In this document: piece after piece, positions 50,745 through 63,322 of the stretch
Layout of the letters: every line of letters starts with the position of its first letter
How positions within the stretch are numbered: position 1 is the stretch's first letter
Assembly (NCBI RefSeq): GCF_001194135.2
Contig: NC_068982.1
Location: forward strand, 2,322,889-2,386,210
Direction of reading: 5' to 3'
Source of the DNA: Octopus bimaculoides
Lineage: Eukaryota
Length of the DNA: 63,322 nucleotides
Translations under genes and position numbers: made by a program
Notes under the pieces: model-generated
Told to the model about the DNA's origin: nothing
The model's database searches: none
What the model saw: only the letters and a program-made list of their open reading frames with translations

Positions 50745-51249
50745 ATAGATAGTTAGATTAGTTAGATAGATAGACAGAGAGACAGACAGAAAGATAGATA
50801 GATAGCTATAAATTTACAGGGTGGGAGTGAGAGGGATAGAAAGGCGGACACACGCACAGGTAAACCCTCGCCCCGATCATGCACAGACATGGATACACTT
50901 ATGAATTTACAAACAAGATGAACCCGACTTAATATATGATGTAGATATCAATTGTTAGTGTGAAAGCATATGATTCTGTGCTGAATCGTTACTCATCTCT
51001 ATTTGAGAATTGGATGATTATGACAGCAACAGGGAGATGCAGGCAGCCATTTTCATAGTTTTACATTGTTGTAAAAGTGTGGCTATGAGCACGAGACGCT
51101 ATTGTCATGAAATTGTGCTTTGTCGGCAGACCATCTCCGTAGAAATCACTAAGCTCCTCCTAAAATCGACTTAGTCATGTCTTTACATGCGAGTCTGCAA
51201 TGGTCAAGCTGTCTGATTGGTTGTCGGTTACGATAACGTTGTTTCCAGA

Positions 51250-51520
51250 TGATGATCCGATCTTTGGAACAGCCTGCTCGAGAAATTAACTTTCAAATGA
51301 CTGAGTACTCCACGGCAACGCGTACCCTCAACGTAGTTCTCAAGGTTACACACCGCGTGACACACCGAATGTGATAAGGCTGAGCCTTTGAACTATAAGA
51401 CAATTTATTTTTACCAGCTTAGTAAACTAGACCAACGAAAATTAAAGTGTCTTGCTGCAGGACACAACGCACCACTGGGAATCGAACTCATGACTTTCTG
51501 ATCGAGGGCCGCATAAGATA
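51250..51520 (-). mobile_element. SINE with tRNA head and conserved central domain (family B-like)
   Basis: On +: GGGAATCGAACTC (B-box complement) at ~51477, GTGTCTTGCTGCAGGACACAACG, and a central block GGAACAGCCTGCTCGAGAAATTAAC...CGTAGTTCTC. Confidence 0.6.
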
Positions 51521-51699
51521 TGCGTTTTCATTACGGTCAAGAATATATAGAGAAATTACTGCCATAATAACGCAGCCGTGTATCTCTGGTTAATTGTCGA
51601 TGTTTTTGGCTGCAGGTATGATCATCTGGTATTGATTTTAAATACTTCCCAATACCTACCGATAAACAGTTTGTTAAATATTTCTTCCAAACTCATATT

Positions 51700-52080
51700 T
51701 TAACTTTTTTCTTTTGCTCATTGAGTTACAGTTTCACCAACTCTCCAGCGCATCGGAATGTTTTCAATTCCATACATGTTAATACAAGACGGGGAGATAA
51801 TACAAAAAAAACTGAATTCGTATTTCAAGGGCCCGCAACTCTTCAATATCGCTCCAAAAAGTCTGAGAGACTTACACGGGTTGGTTGTTGGTGTCTTGAA
51901 AACAGAAGTGGATTTCTCCTGTCAATAGCTCCAGATGTACCCACCTAGCGACAAGACATACGGATGAGACCAGCAAACGCAAACTCGTTCATTCATCGAA
52001 TGCTGCATGTCAGAGATGAAATTGTAGCAAAGCTAACGGTGGTCTCCCAGCATGTCTGCACCTCTCGAGCTGAAACTTAT
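51700..52080 (+). mobile_element. 3' end of a CR1/L2-like LINE
   Basis: FKGPQLFNIAPKSLRDLHG...VLKTEVDFLLSIAPDVPT...NSFIH matches the CR1/L2 ORF2 end (F.GP.LFN.LP..LR.......FK..LD..L...PD.P...NSL); followed by the SINE-shared tail. Confidence 0.75.
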
Positions 52081-52668
52081 AAAACAATGCGCGCGCGTGT
52101 GTGTATGTTTGTGTGCTTGTGTGTGTTCTCATAAATAGTGTTTTAAAAATGTTTCAAGTTTTATACTTGATTGAAATAAAGAAATTTTTTTATGTAATCT
52201 GTTACAACTATAGTCACTTTGATGCACTGAAATATACGTTCACAGATAAACAGTTGTTTTAATTCTAGTCATAGCATGTCTCCATAGAGAAAAGTATTTT
52301 CACTACTACATATGTTGAAACGAATAGTAATGTATTTTAAACATTATATATTTGATGCAACTTTCATATGTAATATTATGAACTTGAATTAGCTGTTATT
52401 ATAAAAATGTGAGAGAATTTTAGGTAGAAATGAATGGGACGCTTACTTAGTGAAAAAAAAATCAATATTCGCTTTAATGTTTGAAAGAATGGTATCAGTT
52501 TCACACGCATAAAAAGAATGGTCACACCAAAATATTAGAGACAGATTCAAATCATTTACGATATTTCACTGCAAATCTTTCATGGATCTTCACCGTAACT
52601 TGATCCTCACCACGAAGCCTAACATGAATCATATGGATTTATAACGACTATTTCTCGCAGTAGTTTTC

Positions 52669-53056
52669 AATTCTTTTATTTGTTTCAGTCATTTAGACTG
52701 TGTCCATGCTGGAGCACCGCATTTAGTCGAACAAATCGACCCCAGGACTTATTCTTTGTAATCCTAGTACTCTTTCCATCGGTCTGTTTTGACGAACTGC
52801 TAAGTTACGGGGATGTAAACACACCAATATCGGTTGTCAAGCGATGGTGCGGGAACAAACACAGACACACATACACACACAATATGTATCTGACGGGCTT
52901 CTTTCAGTTTCCATCTACCAAATCCATTCACAAGGCTTTGGTCGAACCGAGGCTATAGTAGAAGACAATTTCCCAAGGTGCCACGCAGTGGGACTGAACC
53001 CAGAACCATGTGGCTGGTAATCAAGTTACTTACCACACAGCCACTCGTGCGCCTGT
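52669..53056 (-). mobile_element. SINE family A, full length
   Basis: Complete reverse-complement match to the head, middle and tail of the other copies. Confidence 0.92.
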
Positions 53057-55184
53057 GCTTGATGCAATTCATATGTAAAGTCTATGGATCAGAAATTAGC
53101 GAAGCAGATTGGTGTTCATGATCATTGAGTAAGAAAGGTAGAACTCTATTTCCGGGTATAAAAAAAGTAAACTTGAATAAGTTTAAATATTTCACGTGTT
53201 CCTACTTTTTATCTCTATCACCTTTATAATTTGTACTCATCTCAGTGTGGATTGTAAATGCATTGTTATATAAAATAAATAGTAAAAAAAAGTTAAGAAT
53301 ACTACTAGTAAGAATATATGTAGGGTCTTTTGTATATTCCTTTACATCACTAACATGTTTTACGTTCAAGAATACGCACTGGCCTATTTTGTAGCCTAAT
53401 TAACATAGCCAGTGGTGGGAAATTTCTATTGTAGAGTTCCTCGTATATGTTAATTCACACGAATCGCTTTTATAAAAGTTGCATTGTTGCTAATGAACAC
53501 ATAGATGTCGCTGATAGCTCGTATAATTATAATTGAGAAAGCATTTAGCAATAGGACGTGATTCTTGCTTGCTAATGAACCGATTTTATGCAGTTGCCAA
53601 AGTTGAAATATAGAGCATCCATTATAGTTCATGAATACGCTGTTTATTAAATGCAGAAGAAAAAAATGTATATTCTTTTCATATCGCAGATAAGCCAACG
53701 AATAGATCATCAAAACTAGCATTCCGCCAAAATTGAGTATAATGCAGCACTTTGAAATGTGTGTGAAGGAATAGAAATTGTAGCTGAACGAATTTATTAA
53801 TAATTTTCCTGGATTGTTTGCGTACAAATGTAACTTTGGTTATGCTCATTCATAGAAATATGAAATGTTTCAAAGACGTCTGCTTCTCTCGTTTCTTTTA
53901 CTTGGATAGAAAGTCTTTGCATTTTGCGTGGGATAATATATATTAGAACAAAAAAGTTTTCTCATTAAAATCAATACTTGAATAAAAATGTTGATTATGA
54001 AAAGGTATAGATTCTTGCATGTGACTGAAAAGTGTTTTGCGAAAATGTTTAGTGTGATACAAATTTTACAATATGTAACCCTTAGCTGAATATATCTTGT
54101 TAAAAGTTAAGAAAAAAACTTCAGATTCAATATTCACTTTTTAACATTAATAAATCAACTTTCCGAAGAAGGCGTATGTGAATTGGAGGAAAATACATAG
54201 TCAAGGAAACAAAATTATAATTACACTTTGCTTACTAGAAACATGTCTTCACACAAAATGTCTTGTCACTTTGTTAACAACCGGCTTGAACTCTCTCAGG
54301 AAGAACTTAAATTAAACTCAAGAAAAAAGCACGCATACACATACACACACGTGCGCGCGAGCGTGTGTTGTGACTTCTGTCTCATGGACGACAGTGTCTA
54401 TCATAAAGCAGTTTGTTGTCATACCCAGGACATACATTCATACATATATGTGCATATAATTGGTAAGGATTTTATAACGATTTAGTAGAAAATTCTAAGA
54501 AACAGCAAGTTATTTTTGAGTTGATGACGCTTGGTGGTGTTTCAACGTTACAAATCTTTTCTTAAACAATCTCTTGTCGGTTCGATCAGTGGTGTTCACC
54601 GGTCTCTTTGTTTTCGTATTTACAAGACATTTGATGTGAAATTCTGTATTGAAACAGCCTGGCTTTGGGAGTGCTGTTACATCAACAAATACACACGCAC
54701 AGATTCTGTTTCCTTAAACCAATTAACTAGTCGATTATTTGGTTTTAATCATTCAGTCAATCAATGAATCAGTTACTGAACGATTAGTCGAACAGTCGAT
54801 TAGTTTGTGGAATAGTTGACTATTTGGTAAAATTGAAGCTGCCCCTCCAAAGATGCAATAAGATTATTGCCTTTATTTATTGACATATATTAACAATAGT
54901 CTAAGTCTACTAAGAGTCACATGACGTTCCCGAAGAATTGTATTCTGTAATTTCCGTTGTTACTTCTTTTTTTATTTCACCTTTCACCCCTTTCTCATTG
55001 ATAGTCACGATCAGTGGCCTCTCAAAGTTCGCTTATTTCTTCGATCAAAACAACAATTCCATTTTGGTGAGTATTATTTGCTTACGTCATTCACTACGTA
55101 AAATGGATATCCTTTCGTCCTTTACTTTAATCCTTGCCACTGCTGTCCATGGGCACCTCTCTCTCTCTCTCTTTATATATATAT

Positions 55185-55391
55185 AAAGTTACAGAAGTGA
55201 TTTTAAATTCTCAAACGTGGGATAATGCTAATAATATAACCTGAACAGGATAAACTATCCCTATTTTGCAGACAAAAGTGTAGGCTGGCCGCCTACACTT
55301 TTTTCTGCAAAATAGGGGTAGCTTATCCTGTTCAGGCTATATTATTAGCATTATCCTGCGATTGAGAATTTAAAATCACTTCTTTAACTTT
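55185..55391. repeat. Near-perfect palindrome: 101-bp arms, 5-nt loop
   Basis: 55185-55285 vs 55291-55391, 8 mismatches. Confidence 0.95.
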
Positions 55392-55972
55392 CTAAGACAT
55401 CTCAACGCTTCTAAAAGCAAACTGTGTTTGTTTGTTTCCGTTCATCGTAATTTGAATTTAATACATAAAGTTATTTGTTGTTTTTCTTCCTTCTTTATTT
55501 GTTTGTATAATTTCGTGTTTATTCACTGCAGTTTCTTTTGTGATATATATACAATCATTCTTCCAAAATATAATGTTTTAATTTAAAGCAAATGACCTTG
55601 GTAATTTCTTTCGTCAGAAATTTGGTTCGATTTCTTGATTGTCCGCATTAAAGCTGATAGGATCGAGTCAGGTGATTATATCTCCGATCATCTGATTATA
55701 TGCTCTCCTCATAATATATCAAATGCTATTTGTTCCTCAGCAGATCAAATGATGACCCCATTCTATATATTTCTATACACTTAGACTTTATCCAAATAGG
55801 AGTGTATTCTTCACATGTAGTTAGCGAGTTGTAGCTCCACGCGAAAACACGAAAAGTAGTTAATAAATGTCACATTGTTCCTCTACCTTATTATTACTTA
55901 AGTACTTCACTATAATCTCCATATTTCATTCTCTGGAGATGTTAAGTTTCTCTTTAGATTCCTGACTTCGGT

Positions 55973-56035
55973 GTAAAAAAGGAACACAGATATAGGGGCA
56001 ACATACACACCCCTATATCTGTGTTCCCTTTTTAC
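55973..56035. other. 63-nt hairpin, 26-bp stem (1 mismatch), 11-nt loop
   Basis: GTAAAAAAGGAACACAGATATAGGGG-CAACATACACA-CCCCTATATCTGTGTTCCCTTTTTAC. Confidence 0.9.
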
Positions 56036-59000
56036 ATACGCATCAACTAAATTCATGTGTGGTATTTGTGAACCCTCAGAGAACGCAAGTGTGCATTGAT
56101 CAAAACCAGTTTGTTGTTGTTGTTATGATATGGTTTAGCTCTGATCACCAAGGTATATGATCATGGTTTCTAACAAAGTTTATTCCATTCTTTTAAAGAA
56201 TTACTTCCTCCATTAACGGCGTTATAGGAAGGAGACTTATTTCTTATTTCTGTCAGGTTCGGCAACTCGGTAGAAGTCGTAGCTTCTACATTTTGCAAAT
56301 AACTGCACAACATTATTTTGGAATCATTAGGTTTCTGCCAATCGACCGCATTTTTCACTGAATATCTAATAACACTTTACACAACGGAATTAGATATTGG
56401 AAAATCAATTTTCCCATATTTCCTACAAATAAAACAAAAAACCCATAAATTTGATGTTAAAAATATATTCGCAATCATGAAATCTATTTTAAAATATGCA
56501 GTTTTATAGGGGCAGTTGGAGACTTTAAGTAACGTTGTATTGCTCCTACCACAACTTTAGTAGATTTCGGCAGAATATTATAAATATTAATAATGGGTTA
56601 CAGTTATATATACAAGAGAACTGAGAATAATATATAATTTAGAGAAGAGGCGTCTATCATTTGTCATTTCCCAATTGGAAGGCATAAGCTCCGTTTGGGT
56701 CCGATTATACGCTCCCTATTGACTATTCTCACATTTACTTTTCTATTTGATATTTGAAGAAGCTGAGGGAAGTTTTGCCGAAGAGGAAAATTTATGTCAC
56801 AATGTATAAATAAGCAATGCATCATTGTTGAACGAGTGACTTCGAAATCTATAGCAGGGAACTTTAGCCGTCACACTTCCTGTGCCTAATCAGTTCAAGT
56901 CAATTATTGATTTCTCTTTCTTTCTTTCTTTCTTTCTTTCTTTCATCTTTCTTCCGCTTTAAATTTTCTCCGAGACACGCAGAATAGGAACGTCATTTAT
57001 AGTATCCTTTTGTGCGGAATTGTTCGAGGTGATATCAAACTTGTCTCGTAGCATAACTGACATACTGCTGGAACGCGATTTGGTACACCGTAGACATTGT
57101 AGAAAAAAACAATATAAAATCAGAAGAAGTTGACGATGAAAGGAAATGTCACAAAGAGTGGAAAGGAGAACGCGTTAATGAATGCAATGTAACAGCTGAG
57201 AAGAACGTACCTAGGGACCACAATACATATTGCAGAATCATTACCTAGTAATTCCTGTTTCAGTTTTTTTCAGCAGAACACGATTGACATTCTTCTAAAA
57301 ATATCACAATTTAATGATAAAATTAATGCATACAAATATTGTAAAGCTTACAAATATTTCGTAGTTTTTTTTTTACAGGTTTCAGCTGTAGATATGCAAC
57401 TAGACTTTCTCTTTAAATTTGGTTTCGTGAGATTTATAAGGCGAGGTTACGATATGTATTTTAAGCTAAGCATTAAACTAATATCCATTAGACATACATT
57501 CAGTATCATGTTTGCAAGAACACAAAACATCCAGACAGTTAGGTGATACAAGAAAGGGACAACTCCAACCAAAGACAAAAGGTATATTTTGTTTTTGATT
57601 GGAGTCAGCGTTTCCCTCCGATATAAAGATGCACACTTGTATATTAGAAGCGAGAGAGTAGATTTGGATGTATGGATCTGTGAAGTTCTCATCATCTAAC
57701 CTTCACTCACATCCCAAAATTTACACTAAGGTTCCATATATGTGTGCTTACACAGGATGCAGAGTAACAGCGAATTCGGAACCACCGCTGAGACATGGAA
57801 ACTCCTCTGAATCGGTGCAGAAATTTTAGAAGGAAAGTTGGACTCAATTGGCATCCAGCTAAAACGTAGAGAAGTAACTCAATTGTGATTAAACTGTTAA
57901 CCATTTTTTCTCGATCTCCAGGGAAAGACATCAAAACTAAACCAGAATCACTAACATGCGATGAAAACATATCACTTAAAAAGAAATATACATATGTATT
58001 TATGTGATACATTGTGTGAAGCTTGTTAACCTACTTCTAGCTATATCTATCACGTGGCTAACGATATGTGCATTAACATTTTGCTGACCTCACAGTATTA
58101 GGCACCTGGCAGAATTACATTCTCAAGTGTTGTTTCTAAATAGAAATCTTACTTAAATAAAATGCAGCTGTTTATAGTTTAAACCATTATGGAATCGCGG
58201 AAGGCGAGGGAGTTCACTAAGATTGCTATGGTAATGTATTGAGTCACTTAAAAAGAATATAACTTTATTCAAACCACGGAAAGCAGATTACTGTAGCACG
58301 TTCTTAAAGAATGAAATACAACCAGTGTTTTGATCGAACGTCTCTGAAAACAGCTGGCTCTTTATGATTTAAATCGCTTTTACACTATTCTCTGTAATAA
58401 TATTTTTCTAAGGCTGCTGGTTTCCAAGTAAGGTTATAACGTACTTCGTGGTATATGATGTTATTAATGTAATTACATCTTAGCGTGACTCTATGGTAAA
58501 ATAATTTACTTTGCGGCTATGCACTTTCATTCTCTATAATATACCTGAGGCGTTTGAGTGATTTTTCATTTCTTGAGGCATAAAAAGAGCGATTTCGATA
58601 AGGTTATTAAACTTCAATGTGCAACTATGAGACAGGTTGCAAATTATAGACGCATGATTCTATATTGGAAAAAAATAACAAATTCTTTGAATATGAACAA
58701 TATTTGAATAATCAAAAGGTTTAATTGGCCTAATGAATTCTGTAAAATGTTTGTGGAGATGCCATAGTCAATAATATGGGCTAAGAAAAATCATATTCAC
58801 CCAATTATCCAGTTCAAAGCACCATGTGAAAGAACAAATCTAGAACAATTAAGCCAGGCTCTTTTCAAGGAATAATTAAATATGGAGTAATGTTTTTAAG
58901 TCGTGGTTAAGATTTTAGGGTACAGGAAGAGGAGAAATAATTTTCTGTTCAATCAATAAACTAGTCCAAATATTTGCCAAAGAGTTTTAAAGATGTTTTT

Positions 59001-59360
59001 AAGCGTTTATTACAATGTATAAATTTGCAGGATGTAGGCTTAAGCTATATAAACAGGTTACCAATGTATTGTCCAAATCTACAATCTTAATCCTATACGT
59101 GACATATCAGAACATCTTGATACAGCATTAAACGTAATCAGCAGATTTTATTTAAACTTGAAAGAATCATTCACCCAACATTGATTACGTGTATGTAAGT
59201 TTTCCTTATAAAATTGAATCAAACCCATGTCTATTTGAAGGAAACGCCTAATAATTGCTAAACGATAGCCTAGAAACAATAATTAACTTTGGATAATTGT
59301 GCGTAAAGTTAGCATAAGGGCAATCAATCTAGCGTTTAACTATATTCCTCATAAAGATAT

Positions 59361-59369
59361 GTCTGTCTG

Positions 59370-59412
<43 letters not shown>

Positions 59413-59471
59413 GTCTGTCTGTCTGTCTGTCTCTGAATGTATATATGTATATATGTATGTATCTATCTATC
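59361..59471. repeat. (TCTA)n/(TCTG)n microsatellite next to an assembly gap
   Basis: Direct reading. Confidence 0.9.
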
Positions 59472-60584
59472 NNNNNNNNNNNNNNNNNNNNNNNNNNNNN
59501 NNNNNNNNNNNNNNNNNNNNNNNNNNNNNNNNNNNNNNNNNNNNNNNNNNNNNNNNNNNNNNNNNNNNNNNNNNNNNNNNNNNNNNNNNNNNNNNNNNNN
59601 NNNNNNNNNNNNNNNNNNNNNNNNNNNNNNNNNNNNNNNNNNNNNNNNNNNNNNNNNNNNNNNNNNNNNNNNNNNNNNNNNNNNNNNNNNNNNNNNNNNN
59701 NNNNNNNNNNNNNNNNNNNNNNNNNNNNNNNNNNNNNNNNNNNNNNNNNNNNNNNNNNNNNNNNNNNNNNNNNNNNNNNNNNNNNNNNNNNNNNNNNNNN
59801 NNNNNNNNNNNNNNNNNNNNNNNNNNNNNNNNNNNNNNNNNNNNNNNNNNNNNNNNNNNNNNNNNNNNNNNNNNNNNNNNNNNNNNNNNNNNNNNNNNNN
59901 NNNNNNNNNNNNNNNNNNNNNNNNNNNNNNNNNNNNNNNNNNNNNNNNNNNNNNNNNNNNNNNNNNNNNNNNNNNNNNNNNNNNNNNNNNNNNNNNNNNN
60001 NNNNNNNNNNNNNNNNNNNNNNNNNNNNNNNNNNNNNNNNNNNNNNNNNNNNNNNNNNNNNNNNNNNNNNNNNNNNNNNNNNNNNNNNNNNNNNNNNNNN
60101 NNNNNNNNNNNNNNNNNNNNNNNNNNNNNNNNNNNNNNNNNNNNNNNNNNNNNNNNNNNNNNNNNNNNNNNNNNNNNNNNNNNNNNNNNNNNNNNNNNNN
60201 NNNNNNNNNNNNNNNNNNNNNNNNNNNNNNNNNNNNNNNNNNNNNNNNNNNNNNNNNNNNNNNNNNNNNNNNNNNNNNNNNNNNNNNNNNNNNNNNNNNN
60301 NNNNNNNNNNNNNNNNNNNNNNNNNNNNNNNNNNNNNCAATACATGCGACGATGCGAGAGTGAAAAAACGGAGGGTAGCTTGGGAAGTGCTAGAAACAAC
60401 AGGCAAATCGCCCTTGAATCGTACACCTTTTCCTATGAAAATATTTACTTTTTTTTTTCTGAAATGGCTCCTCCCATGGCCTTTATTTATTTTGGTAATT
60501 TATCGTAGTTGTTTGTAAATAGCGAATTAAAACTTGAAATGAAAATATTCTTTTCTACTCTGGAAACAAAGCTTGAAATTTTTG

Positions 60585-60685
60585 TGGAGGGGGCCAGTCG
60601 ATTATATCGACCCTAGTACGCAACTGGTATTTAATTTATCGAACCCGAAAAGATGAAAGGCAAAGTCGACCTCGGCAGAATTTGT
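60585..60685 (-). mobile_element. SINE family C fragment
   Basis: On +: GTCGATTATATCGACCCTAGTACGCAACTGGTA...ATGAAAGGCAAAGTCGACCTCGGCAGAATTTG, the reverse complement of the family C core. Confidence 0.7.
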
Positions 60686-61436
60686 GAAATGAAGATATTA
60701 ATATAGAAAGTGAGAAAATTCGCAAATGAAAAAGAAAAATTTCACCGTTGCTACGTCAACACCGGAAGTTGACGTTGAAAAACCTTTTTAAAGAAGTGAA
60801 TCATATACATATATAAAGTAATATTATTTATTTTTAATAAAAAAAATAAACTGAAGACTCTCTTATGTTTCCGACGTCAAAATATTCACGCATCCGAAGT
60901 ATGGAAGCAATTCGCGCAGTCGTTTTAGCATGATAAGCGAATGCACACACACACGCGGGTCTATTTTATATAAATAGATAATGACAGAGAACGGCATAGA
61001 CAACAAAGTAACAAACACTACACATTAGATTGTTATACTATGAGAATGAATTACTATGAAGACATTGTGTTATTAGTCCCCAACTTTAAATCTATTGCAA
61101 ACAACTTGGTCTACAACTATTGACAGGCCGGGAACTAAAAGTATACTCTCTAAAGGTGGAGAGGTAAAATGTTAGAAATAGAAGCAAACGGTTTCAAAGG
61201 AGGAACAGTTTAATAATACGTGTCCCCACAATGTTGCCACAAATAAGATGGAAGTTGGAACATTCATCAAACTTTCTCTAGAAAAAGTTTGATTAAAAAA
61301 CAAACTTAAGAACAAGGAATGGGATACAGAGTAATTTTTTCCTTATAGCTAACACAGATAAACACACACAAACAAAGATACACGTACAGGGAAATGAATT
61401 TACATGATGGCATCGACTTATCTGTCTGTCTCTCTC

Positions 61437-61471
<35 letters not shown>

Positions 61472-63169
61472 ACACACTTACACACACGCATACACACATG
61501 CATGTATGTGTGTATGTATGTATATATGTTGATTATGATTGTTAGTTGTATTAGAGTAAAATATAAATAAAATACTTGCCTATAACATACACAAACACAT
61601 ACATGCATGCAAACACACATGAACGTATGTATTTTGATGATTACGATAATCGGATGTATTAAGGCAAAGATATAAAAAGATACATGCTTATAGAGTACAC
61701 ATACTTACACACACAGAGATACACACACATACACACACATGCATGTATGTATGTATATATGTTGATGATTATGATGATCAGTTGTATTAAGGTAAAAATA
61801 TAAATAGAATACATGCCTATATGCAACCAGTGTGTGCATTTATAAATATCATTGAAATGAAAATGAACAAGAACTTAAACATTCCTAGGATTGTTAGAAA
61901 AAAATTGACGGATATTTGAAATTCGGTCTTTTCCTCAATAATGCAACAAACATGTCAGTGTGAATTGATTTATATCTTGTTCTGTTTTGTGGCAAATAAA
62001 CATACTCTTGTCCATATCGTGCAATTTTAAACGTACCACCTGCTTGCACATAATACACATTGTGAGGCTGTTTGTCTGTTAAACAAGAGGCATTTATATA
62101 TTTATATAAGCCTTTGTTTGTAGATATTGTTTATTTCTCTTGGATAGATTTACCACGTGAAAAAGAAAATCATTACCGATACTTTTTTTCACAATGGAAC
62201 AATTTTTCCTGTTCATTTTTATAATTGTCGTTTTAGTCCTCTTAAGTCCTCATAAGTCACCAGAAACTAAATGTTTTACATACAACGAATGTGTAGGCCA
62301 ATTGAATGGAATAGGTGGGGCTACGTACGAACAGTACAGTTTCAAATGAAATTCTACCGAAATTGAGTTTGCTTGTCATTATTCAGGATCGATAAAGGAC
62401 TGCCACTCACACAGTTGATCAAGATAAAAAAAAATATCGCAGAAAACTTTAACTGTTCAAATGTGCGGCTGCCTAAACTTTCCGAGGAAAAACTTGGGTT
62501 GTAATACATACTAAAGCTCTTAACTATATGACTTAACGGTTTAATTTCGAATATATGATTTATTAATTCTATTTGCATTCACGTCAACTTTGTTGTTCAA
62601 GTGGTTACGTTTTACAAAGATGTACAAATGATAAACCTGGTTTATTTGAATATCGATTTTAAAAATTGAAAGTAAATTAACCTATATTTCGTTTAGTGCA
62701 AACAATACCGAATATAAAAGTCAATACTTTGGATAGACTGAATAGATATGTATAATATGTCGCAAATTTGAAGTCAATTCTCAGTTTCATTTTTGGCCTA
62801 CCTGCTCATGAATGTACACACAACCGTCGTAAAACAGACCACCCCGGATGAAAATCGGTCACAATAATCTGTCAAACCGTGATAGTAATCATCATTCTCA
62901 CTATAAAAAGCACCAATCCGCTCAGGCGCGCACACACGCACACAGACACGCAGGCGCTTACACGCACACTCACACACACGCGCACACATATGCATAAATG
63001 CTACCGGATAGTATTGGGTAATTCTGAGGGTGGACGAGCTTTACGCTGTACTCTACCACGTCCCTAATGGAACATACCATAACTTTATATATATATATAT
63101 ATATATATAGCAATGTTAATTCTCTAAATGAAGTATTAACAGTAACTGCACGATAAAGTGTAGTATATT

Positions 63170-63322
63170 GCCACTTAAGTGTGGCTGACCCCTAGGGGTG
63201 GATGTTACTGTTGCTTTTAGCCCCAGGAGGACATCTCCTCCAGCTGGCTTATCGACACACGACTGTGTCCTGTTTGCCAAGGGAAGTTATCCCTCTCACC
63301 TCGATCTGCAGCACGAACGTAT
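63170..63322 (-). mobile_element. Probable 3' end of an interspersed retroelement, truncated by the window edge
   Basis: CACTTAAGTGTGGCTGACCCCTAGGGG...TTTTAGCCCCAGGA...CTCCAGCTGGCT resembles a repeat I recall from cephalopod DNA; not verifiable here. Confidence 0.35.

Noticed and set aside
50940-51010. KAYDSV RT-like hexapeptide
   Set aside because: Isolated motif with no flanking RT similarity.
53450-53827. 125-aa hydrophobic minus-strand ORF
   Set aside because: No recognisable motif or splice support; hydrophobic ORFs are common by chance in AT-rich DNA.
1-63322. CRISPR arrays, rRNA genes, prokaryotic operons
   Set aside because: None seen; the sequence is eukaryotic, and its repeats are microsatellites and transposon-derived.

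Overview
AT-rich, microsatellite- and gap-rich animal genomic DNA. The repeat families resemble those I recognise from octopus/coleoid cephalopod genomes (inference, not database-checked). No intact host protein-coding gene can be established; there are only a few low-confidence splice-bounded exon candidates. Most of the window is decayed mobile DNA: tRNA-derived SINEs of at least three families, CR1/L2-like, RTE-like and RLE (R4/Dong-like) LINE fragments, a Penelope-like (PLE) RT/GIY-YIG remnant, a full-length but dead Tc1 element with long IR/DR ends, mariner, maT-like and hAT remnants, and several fold-back elements. The main result is a dense set of unrelated type I hammerhead-ribozyme (HHR) motifs. 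One is fully canonical (7998-8075), one is a single mismatch from canonical (37651-37702), and several are variant or decayed. Most have a palindromic stem III and sit in short non-coding units with young inverted repeats or ~420-440 bp tandem spacing, often next to (TA)n/(CA)n tracts. This looks like a diverse non-autonomous PLE/retrozyme-like system. In one case the inverted-repeat boundary falls within 4 nt of the predicted self-cleavage site.
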